From Acetobacteraceae bacterium (lineage in GTDB: Bacteria; Pseudomonadota; Alphaproteobacteria; Acetobacterales; Acetobacteraceae): 28,122 bases of DNA. Of the stretch, positions 8,103-15,010 are shown one piece after another. Under the pieces are notes generated by a model. The model worked only from the letters and a program-made list of their open reading frames with translations, ran no database searches and was not told the origin of the DNA. Within the stretch, counting starts at the first letter, position 1; every line of letters begins with the position of its first letter. The stretch spans positions 1-28,122 of the forward strand of contig JAYRQX010000462.1 of assembly GCA_041910415.1 (NCBI GenBank), in the 5' to 3' direction. A program made the position numbers and the translations under genes.

Positions 8103-9665
8103 ATGGCTGTCCAGATCGGAGCGGTCCACTACGTCTATCTCGTGGGTGTCGTCGCGATCGTCCTGTCGATGATCCTGCGCGCGAATGTCGTCGTGCCCGC
8201 GATCCTCGCGACCTTCGCCGTCGCCGCGACCTTCTCGGGCAGCCTGATCGGGGCCACGATCTCGGTCTTCAACGGCTCGCTCGTCGCCGCCAAGGAGCTT
8301 TTCAACATCTTCCTGGTCATCGCGCTGATGACCTCGCTGCTCAACGCGCTGAAGGCGCTGGGCGCGGACCAGAAGATGGTGCGGCCCTTCCGGCGCATCA
8401 TGACCAACGGGCAGATCGCCTTCGCGGTCGTCGTCGCCATCACCTATGTCATCTCGCTGTTCTTCTGGCCGACGCCGGCGGTGCCGCTGGTGGCCGCGAC
8501 GCTGCTGCCGGCCGCGATCGCGGCGGGGCTGCCGGCCATCGGCGCCGCGGCGGCGATCGCCATCGCCGGCCAGGGCATGGCGCTGTCCTCGGACTACGTG
8601 ATCCGCGTGGCCCCGGGCATTTCCGCGCGCGCGGCCGGCGTCGCCGATCAGGCGGGCGTCATCGCGGACAAGGCGCTGGTGCTGTCGCTGGTGACCGGCA
8701 TCATCGCGCTGGGGCTTGCCTACCTCTCCATCCGCAAGCGGATCGTGGCGCCGAGCCAGGCGCATCTGCATCGCTGGATGGCAGGCGCCACGCTGCAGGA
8801 AAGCCTGGCCGAGCAGCGCGAGCATGTCGCGCCCAACATCGGCTCCTTCGACAAATCGGTGATCGCGCTGCGCGCCGCCGAGGGCGAACCCGAGCAGGAC
8901 CCGGCGCTGGACCGCCCCGCCATCACGCCGAGCGGCGCGGTGACAACGGGGCCCGCTTTGCCCTGGTCCGGCATCATGGCGGTGCTGACCCCGGTCGTGT
9001 TTGGCTGCCTCATCCTGTTCATGCTGGCACCGAAGGTCGTTCCGGGCTGGCACGTGCTGCGCGGCGGCGACGCGGCGGCGCTGGTGGGCGGCACGGCGGC
9101 GCTGATGATGCTGGTCGCGACCTTCGCCGCCGATGGCCGCAAGGCCATGCACACCGCGGCCGACCATGTGGTGGACGGCTTGGTCTTCTCCTTCCGTGCC
9201 ATGGGCACGGTGCTGCCGATCGCGGGCTTCTTCTTCCTGGGCGCGGGAGAGTTCTCCGCCTCCATCCTGGGCTTGCCGTCCGGCACGCAGGGCCCTGACC
9301 TTCTGTTCGAGGTGATCCGCGCCTCCGACCACCTGATCCCGCACAACCCCGCCATCGTCGCCTTCGCGGTGATGATCGTCGGCATGATCACGGGCATCGA
9401 CGGGTCGGGCTTCGCCGGCCTGCCGCTGACCGGCGCGCTGGCCGGCGGCCTCGGCCCCGTCGTGAACATGGACCCGACGACGCTCGCCGCCGTCGGCCAG
9501 ATGGGCGCGGTCTGGACCGGCGGCGGCACGCTGATCGCGTGGTCCTCGCTGATCGCCGTCGCCGGATTCACCCGCGTGCCGGTGCTGGACCTGGTGCGCC
9601 TGCTCTTCGGCCCGGTCTGCGCCGGGCTGATCGTCTCCACCCTGCTGGCCGTCGTGCTCTGGTGA
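8103..9665 (+). CDS. Multi-pass membrane protein, probable secondary transporter (ion-transporter-superfamily-like, family unassigned)
   Basis: 520 aa with more than ten hydrophobic segments in two halves separated by a hydrophilic loop. Gly-rich hairpin-like motifs (AGQGMALSSD, GIDGSGFAGLPL, WTGGGTL). SD GGGGAG upstream. Confidence 0.75.
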   Translation: MAVQIGAVHYVYLVGVVAIVLSMILRANVVVPAILATFAVAATFSGSLIGATISVFNGSLVAAKELFNIFLVIALMTSLLNALKALGADQKMVRPFRRIMTNGQIAFAVVVAITYVISLFFWPTPAVPLVAATLLPAAIAAGLPAIGAAAAIAIAGQGMALSSDYVIRVAPGISARAAGVADQAGVIADKALVLSLVTGIIALGLAYLSIRKRIVAPSQAHLHRWMAGATLQESLAEQREHVAPNIGSFDKSVIALRAAEGEPEQDPALDRPAITPSGAVTTGPALPWSGIMAVLTPVVFGCLILFMLAPKVVPGWHVLRGGDAAALVGGTAALMMLVATFAADGRKAMHTAADHVVDGLVFSFRAMGTVLPIAGFFFLGAGEFSASILGLPSGTQGPDLLFEVIRASDHLIPHNPAIVAFAVMIVGMITGIDGSGFAGLPLTGALAGGLGPVVNMDPTTLAAVGQMGAVWTGGGTLIAWSSLIAVAGFTRVPVLDLVRLLFGPVCAGLIVSTLLAVVLW

Positions 9666-9714
9666 TCGCGGCGGCGTCGCTCTCAACCCCGACTGCACCC
9701 CGAAGGAGGATGCC

Positions 9715-10446
9715 ATGACCAAGCTCATGAACCGCGACGAATTCCGCACCGCGCTGGAACAGGCCATCGCCGGCAAGAGCGCCAACAAGTCGCCCTTCAG
9801 CATCGGCTGGGCGAGCGGCAAGCTGACCCGCGCACACCTCTCGCGCTGGGCCGAGAACCACTTCCACTATGTCGGCCCCTTCGCCGAATACCTCGCCTAT
9901 GTCTATGCGCGCATGCCCGCGCAGTACCAGGAAGCCAAGGACTTCCTGCTGCAGAACATGTACGAGGAGGAGATCGGCGGCGATCGCCACACCGACCTGC
10001 TGATCCGCTTCGCCGAGGCCTGCGGCACGACACGCGAGCGGGTGATGGACCCCGAGAACATGTCGCCCACGACGCGCGCGCTGCAGAGCTGGTGCTACTG
10101 CGTCGCCATGCGCGAAGACCCGATCGTCGCCGTCGCCGGCCTGGTCGTCGGGTTGGAGTCCCAGGTGCCCAGCATCTACCGCCGCCAGACGCCGACGCTG
10201 CGCGAGAAATACGGCTTCACGGACGAGGAGGTCGAGTTCTTCGACCTGCACATCGTCTCCGACGAGATCCATGGCGAGCGCGGCTACCAGATCGTGCTGG
10301 AACACGCGGACACGGTCGAGTTGCAGCAGCGCTGCCTGAAGATCTGCGAAGTGGGCGCGCAGATGCGCCTGCTCTACACGACGGCGCTCTACAACGACTA
10401 CGTGGCGAGCGAGATTTCCCTGCGTGAACTCGGCATGGCCGCCTAA
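9715..10446 (+). CDS. Heme-oxygenase-like diiron (HDO) protein, CADD/PqqC/TenA structural family
   Basis: Complete CADD-type ligand spacing: E85-x6-H92 (NMYEEEIGGDRH), E148 (LESQVP) and H179-x3-D183-x2-H186 (HIVSDEIH). Strong SD AAGGAGG at 9703-9709. Confidence 0.88.
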   Translation: MTKLMNRDEFRTALEQAIAGKSANKSPFSIGWASGKLTRAHLSRWAENHFHYVGPFAEYLAYVYARMPAQYQEAKDFLLQNMYEEEIGGDRHTDLLIRFAEACGTTRERVMDPENMSPTTRALQSWCYCVAMREDPIVAVAGLVVGLESQVPSIYRRQTPTLREKYGFTDEEVEFFDLHIVSDEIHGERGYQIVLEHADTVELQQRCLKICEVGAQMRLLYTTALYNDYVASEISLRELGMAA

Positions 10447-10455
10447 TTTGTGAGG

Positions 10456-10479
10456 GCGGGGCCCTCGATGGGGCCCCGC
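10456..10479 (+). terminator. Intra-operon hairpin after the HDO gene
   Basis: Perfect 9-bp stem GCGGGGCCC-tcgatg-GGGCCCCGC starting 9 nt after the stop codon, followed only by a weak pyrimidine run (atgtctctctg). Confidence 0.55.
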
Positions 10480-10504
10480 ATGTCTCTCTGGAAACGCACA
10501 AACA

Positions 10505-10828
10505 ATGCCGCTGGTGACCTTCCGCAAGGGCAATGTGACGGTCGAGGAGGAGGTGGCGGACAACACCAACCTGGTGGTCCGCGCCGGCATTCGGAAGTTT
10601 CCCCACCCGCATCTGCGCTACGGCTGCGGCATGGGGAAATGCGCCAAATGCGCCTGCCAGGTGCAGGCGGGCGCCGAGCACCTGCCGCCGCCCAACTGGA
10701 AGGAGAAGAAGCAGCTCGGGGCGTATCTGGAGCAGGGCTACCGCCTCTGCTGCCAGCTCTGGCTGCATCACGACATCACGCTGGAACAGCCCCTGCAGGA
10801 GCTGCCGGGCGCCGGCGGCCAGAGCTGA
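10505..10828 (+). CDS. [2Fe-2S] ferredoxin (Fd-1)
   Basis: C-x4-C-x2-C (CGMGKCAKC) with the distal RLCCQ; 107 aa. Confidence 0.9.
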   Translation: MPLVTFRKGNVTVEEEVADNTNLVVRAGIRKFPHPHLRYGCGMGKCAKCACQVQAGAEHLPPPNWKEKKQLGAYLEQGYRLCCQLWLHHDITLEQPLQELPGAGGQS

Positions 10829-10841
10829 AGGAACCCCCACG

Positions 10842-11156
10842 ATGTACGTCATCCTGACCAGCAAGCCCGGGCAGTTCCGCACCGAGCTGGTGCCCGGCCT
10901 GCTGCCGGTCGAAGCCTATGACTACCTGTTCTACGGGAAGAAGAAGGCGCAGTTCGTCATCGCCGAGATCGCGGGCGAGACGAAGGTGCGCGTCATCGAC
11001 GAGGTCTTCCCACCCGTGCTGAACCTGGTGCCCTCGAAGTTCCTGGAGAAATTCGACAGCGTCACCGCCGCGCGGCGGGAGCTTGAACACCTCACCACCT
11101 TCGGCAACATGCAGGTCGAACTGCAACCCATCCCGCTGCCGCAGCCCGTTTCATGA
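10842..11156 (+). CDS. Small protein of unknown function (104 aa, no Cys)
   Basis: SD AAGGA upstream, host-like GC3-rich codons, protein-like composition, and an ATGA overlap with Fd-2. It fills the gap between the two ferredoxins. Confidence 0.85.
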   Translation: MYVILTSKPGQFRTELVPGLLPVEAYDYLFYGKKKAQFVIAEIAGETKVRVIDEVFPPVLNLVPSKFLEKFDSVTAARRELEHLTTFGNMQVELQPIPLPQPVS

Positions 11157-11497
11157 TCACGATCACCTTCGTCACCAATGACGGCAAGCAGGTGCAGGCG
11201 GCCGAGAACAGCAACCTGCTGCGCGTGTCGCTGCGCGAGAAGGGCGGCATTCCCTTCAAGTGCGGCGCGGGCCTCTGCGGCACCTGCCGCTGTCACTTCG
11301 ACGCGGGGCTGGAGCACGCGGATGCCGTGAAAACCAAGGAGCGCAAGCACCTGACCGACGCCGACATCGCCGCCGGCTACCGCATGGCCTGCCAGACCTT
11401 CGTGAACGGCGACGTCGCGATTTCCTGGGACCCCAGGCAGCCCATCAAGGCCGCGCCCGTGCGGCCGGCTGCCACTGTCAAAGAGACGAGCGAATGA
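11153..11497 (+). CDS. [2Fe-2S] ferredoxin (Fd-2)
   Basis: CGAGLCGTC with the distal RMACQ. ATGA overlaps at both ends. Confidence 0.92.
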   Translation: MITITFVTNDGKQVQAAENSNLLRVSLREKGGIPFKCGAGLCGTCRCHFDAGLEHADAVKTKERKHLTDADIAAGYRMACQTFVNGDVAISWDPRQPIKAAPVRPAATVKETSE

Positions 11498-11973
11498 AGA
11501 GCTTTTTCCGACTGGAAGCGCATGAGGCTCGGACCATGGTGGCCGCGGCGCTGGCAGAGGCAGCGCGAATAAAAGTGCCGGAGACCGCCTGCGTGGTGGA
11601 TGAGGGCGGCTATCCGATCTGCCTGGAACGCATGGACGGCGCGCGCGTGACCGGCCCGCAGATCGCCTGGAACAAGGCCTTCACCGCGGCCGGCCACAAG
11701 CGATCGACGCATCTCTTCAACACGCCGCCCAACGGCCCCGCGCTGCCGGGCAACGAGGCCTTCGGCATCCAGTGGAGCTTCGACGGCAGGTTCGCGATTT
11801 TTGTCGGCGGCTTCCCGATCGTGGTGGATGGCGAGGTCGTGGGCGGCATTGGCCTGTCCGGCGGCAATGGCGAGCAGGACATCGCCTGTGGCGTGGCCGG
11901 CCTGCAGGCGCTGGCCGACCTGCTGAAGCCGCAGGGCCGGACCGTGCTGGTGCAGGCCGACATCAAGAAGTAG
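11494..11973 (+). CDS. GlcG/HbpS-family (heme-binding-type) protein
   Basis: True start is the ATG at 11494 (159 aa). Motifs CVVDEGG..ERMDGA, IAWNKAFTAA and GGFPIVVDGEVVGGIGLSGG..EQD. Confidence 0.88.
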   Translation: MKSFFRLEAHEARTMVAAALAEAARIKVPETACVVDEGGYPICLERMDGARVTGPQIAWNKAFTAAGHKRSTHLFNTPPNGPALPGNEAFGIQWSFDGRFAIFVGGFPIVVDGEVVGGIGLSGGNGEQDIACGVAGLQALADLLKPQGRTVLVQADIKK

Positions 11974-11978
11974 CGCGC

Positions 11979-12980
11979 ATGGCCTTTCGCATCCTCGTAT
12001 CAGGCGCGGCGGCCGAGTTCACGGCCGAGGCGGGCGAGACGCTGCTGGAAGCCGCGGACCGCGCAGGTGTCGCGCTGCTGCGCGACTGCCGGACGGGCGG
12101 CTGCGGCACCTGCCGCATCCGGCTGCTCGAAGGCAGCGTGGCGTATGAGGAAATGCCCTTCGCGCTGACCGAGGAGGAGGCGGCGGAAGGCTTCGCGCTG
12201 GCGTGCCAGGCGCGCGCGACCTGTGACCTCGTGATCGAACCCGCGCGCAGCGGCCCCGACCTGCCCCCATCCGCCATGCACCAGGCGGTGGTCATCGGCA
12301 CGGAACGGCTGGCGCATGACGTGACCGCGCTGCGCCTGTCGCTGCCTGAGCCGCTGGACTATTTGCCCGGGCAATATGCGAACCTGCTGCTGCCGGATGG
12401 ATCGTCGCGCAGCTTCTCGATGGCGACGGCGCCGGGCGGCGACCTCACCTTCCACATCCGCCACATCGAAGGCGGCCGCTTCACGTGCGGCATCCTGCCC
12501 AGGCTGGCGCCAGGCGCGACGCTGTCGCTGGAAGCGCCGCTCGGCGCCTTCGTCCATCGCCCCGCGGATTTCCGGCCGCTGCTGTTCCTGGCGACGGGCA
12601 CCGGCATCGCACCGATCCGCGCCATGCTGGAATCGCTGCTCGACGACGGCGACTGCCCGCCGGTCACGCTCTACTGGGGTGGGCGCAGGCTGGCGGATCT
12701 CTATCTGCGCGACGAGATCGCCTCCTGGACGGACCGCCTGACCGAGTTCCGCTTCGTCCCCGTGCTGTCGCGTGCCGGGGATGGCTGGGGCGGCGCGCGC
12801 GGCCACGTCCATCACATCTGCCTGGCCGAGATGCCCGACATGCCTGATTGCGCAGCCTATCTCTGCGGCTCGCCCGCCATGATCCGCGATGCGCGTGCCG
12901 CGCTGCTGGCCAAGGGCGCGAACCCCGCCTTCGTCTACACGGAAGCCTTCACCGCCACGCCGCCCGTCACTGCGGCCTGA
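11979..12980 (+). CDS. [2Fe-2S]/FAD/NAD(P)H oxidoreductase (oxygenase reductase-type)
   Basis: True start is the ATG at 11979 (333 aa). N-terminal CRTGGCGTC...LACQ, then PGQY, RSFS (FAD), ATGTGIAP (NAD(P)) and YLCGSPAMI. Confidence 0.92.
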   Translation: MAFRILVSGAAAEFTAEAGETLLEAADRAGVALLRDCRTGGCGTCRIRLLEGSVAYEEMPFALTEEEAAEGFALACQARATCDLVIEPARSGPDLPPSAMHQAVVIGTERLAHDVTALRLSLPEPLDYLPGQYANLLLPDGSSRSFSMATAPGGDLTFHIRHIEGGRFTCGILPRLAPGATLSLEAPLGAFVHRPADFRPLLFLATGTGIAPIRAMLESLLDDGDCPPVTLYWGGRRLADLYLRDEIASWTDRLTEFRFVPVLSRAGDGWGGARGHVHHICLAEMPDMPDCAAYLCGSPAMIRDARAALLAKGANPAFVYTEAFTATPPVTAA

Positions 12981-13959
12981 TCCCGGCCCGCGCGATCAGC
13001 TCCGCCCATTTCGCGAGGTCGCGCGCCATCACCGCGCGGAAGGCGGCTGCGCCGAGATCGGGAAGATCGAAGCCGGCGCCAATGAGCCGCGTACGTGTCT
13101 CCGGCACGCGCAGCGCCGCCAGGATGGAGGACTCCGCGCGGTCTGCGATGGCCGACGGCAGCCGTGCGGGACCGAGCACCCCATACCAGGAGAAGGCCTC
13201 GAACCCCGGATAGCCAAGCTCGGCGATGGTCGGCACGTCAGGCAGGTCGCGCCAGCGCGATGGGCCGGTCGTCGCCAGCGCGCGCAGCCTGCCGTCGCGG
13301 ATGGCCGCGACGGCCAGGATCGGATTCTGGAACACCGCATCGACCTGCCCGCCCAGCACCGCCGCCTGCGCGGGGGCCGTGCCGGCAAAGGGCACATGCG
13401 TCAGCTCGACGCCCGCCGAGACGGCAAGCAATTCGCCCGAAAGATGGCTGGCCGCGCCGACGCCGCCCGATCCGTAGCTGACGGGCCTGGTGCGCGCGAG
13501 TGCGATGAGCTCGGCCAGCGTCGTCGCGGGCACCGAGGGATGCACGACAAGGATGTGCGGATGCTGGGCAACCAGCGCGATCGGCGTGAAGTCGCGCAGT
13601 GGATCGAAGGGCAGCCGCTGCACGAGCGCCGGCGCGGTGACCAGCGTGTTCGCCGCGACGACAAGCGTCAGCCCGTCAGGCGGCTGCCGCGCCACGTAGT
13701 CCGAACCGACATTGCCGCCGGCCCCTGGCCTGTTCTCGACCACGACCGGCTGGCGCCAGCTTCGCCCCAGCTGTTCGGCAAGCGCGCGCGCAATGACGTC
13801 CGAAGGCCCCCCTGGCGCGAAGGGAGCGACGAGGCGCACGGGCCGGTCGGGCCAGTTCGCTTGCGCCGCCGTCCGTGATGCGGCGGCGACGGAGGCCACG
13901 AGCCCCGCGAATGCGCGGCGCGTCATGGCGCCGGACAAGCCGCATCCAGAGCGTGCCAT
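12967..13959 (-). CDS. Bug/TctC-family substrate-binding protein (Bug-3)
   Basis: TRRAF signal, WPDRPVRLVAPFAPGGPSD, ENRPGAGG, YGSGGVGAASHL and WYGVLGP. Start is 13959 (SD-like AAGGGA) or 13926. Its 3' end overlaps the reductase 3' end by 14 nt. Confidence 0.9.
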   Translation of the reverse strand: MARSGCGLSGAMTRRAFAGLVASVAAASRTAAQANWPDRPVRLVAPFAPGGPSDVIARALAEQLGRSWRQPVVVENRPGAGGNVGSDYVARQPPDGLTLVVAANTLVTAPALVQRLPFDPLRDFTPIALVAQHPHILVVHPSVPATTLAELIALARTRPVSYGSGGVGAASHLSGELLAVSAGVELTHVPFAGTAPAQAAVLGGQVDAVFQNPILAVAAIRDGRLRALATTGPSRWRDLPDVPTIAELGYPGFEAFSWYGVLGPARLPSAIADRAESSILAALRVPETRTRLIGAGFDLPDLGAAAFRAVMARDLAKWAELIARAGIRPQ

Positions 13960-14031
13960 CGCGTCTTTTCCCTTCGCTTCGTCCCGTGCCAGGATCAGCA
14001 AAACCCAACTGCATAAGGGTGGGAAGCGTCC

Positions 14032-14997
14032 ATGTTGTTGCTGCGCCGCACACTGACCGCGAGCGGGCTTGCGCTCGCCATCCCGCCCCGATCGCGCGCC
14101 CAGGCCTATCCGGCGCGGCCGGTGCGCGTCGTCGTCGCCTTTCCGCCAGGCGGACCCACGGACACGATCGCGCGCGTGCTCGCCGCACCGCTGGAGCAGG
14201 CCTGGGGGCAGCCGGTGGTCATCGAGAACCGCGGCGGCGCGGGCGGCAATATCGGCACCGCCCAGGTCGCGCGGGCCGCGCCGGATGGCTACACGCTGCT
14301 GCTCTGCGCCAGCTCGCACGCGATCAACCCGAGCATCTTCCGCAGCATGCCCTACCACCCCGTGCGCGACTTCGCGCCGGTGGCGCTGCTGACCTCCTCG
14401 CCCTTCGTGCTGGTCGTGCATCCCTCGATGCCCGTGCGAACCTTCGCGGAGTTCCTCGCTTATGTCCGCGCGCGCCCGGGGCAGGTGAACTACGCCTCGG
14501 CCAGCAACGGCAGCGGCAACCACCTGGCGATGGAGATGCTGAAATCGGCGGCCGGGCTCGACATGGTGCATGTCCCCTATGCGGGTGCGGCGCCGGCGAC
14601 GACGGATCTGCTGGCGGGCCAGGTCTCCGTCATGTTCAACAACATGGTCTCCGCCGCGCCGCATATCCCGACGGGGCGGATGCGCGCGCTCGCCACATCC
14701 GGCCTCACGCGTCCGCCCTCACTGCCGGATGTGCCGACGGTCGCCGAGACGATCCCGGGCTTCGATGCGACCACCTGGTATGGGGTGCTGGCACCCGCCA
14801 GCACGCCGGCACCGTTGGTGACCGAGCTCAACGCACGCTTCGTCGCGGCGCTCGCCAGCCCCGCGGTGCGGGAGAGGCTGGTCGCCCTCGGCCTCGACGC
14901 CACGCCGAGCACGCCGGATGCCTTCACCCGCTTCATCGAGACCGAGATGGTGAAGTGGGCCGCAGCGGCGCGCGCCGCGAACGTGCAGATGGATTAG
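14032..14997 (+). CDS. Bug/TctC-family substrate-binding protein (Bug-4)
   Basis: YPARPVRVVVAFPPGGPTD, ENRGGAGG, PDGYTLL, YASASNGSGNHL and WYGVLAPA. Confidence 0.92.
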   Translation: MLLLRRTLTASGLALAIPPRSRAQAYPARPVRVVVAFPPGGPTDTIARVLAAPLEQAWGQPVVIENRGGAGGNIGTAQVARAAPDGYTLLLCASSHAINPSIFRSMPYHPVRDFAPVALLTSSPFVLVVHPSMPVRTFAEFLAYVRARPGQVNYASASNGSGNHLAMEMLKSAAGLDMVHVPYAGAAPATTDLLAGQVSVMFNNMVSAAPHIPTGRMRALATSGLTRPPSLPDVPTVAETIPGFDATTWYGVLAPASTPAPLVTELNARFVAALASPAVRERLVALGLDATPSTPDAFTRFIETEMVKWAAAARAANVQMD

Positions 14998-15010
14998 GGG
15001 AGCCGCCGCC

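Noticed and set aside
9715-10446. Calling the HDO gene pqqC, tenA or a pABA synthase
   Set aside because: No other pqq, thiamine or folate genes are nearby, the TenA Cys motif is absent, and the CADD sacrificial Tyr and Lys positions are substituted.
11260-12980. Long N-terminal extensions on the GlcG (11260) and reductase (11772) ORFs in the track
   Set aside because: The extensions overlap the preceding genes out of frame. The ATGs at 11494 and 11979 fit the domain boundaries and operon spacing.
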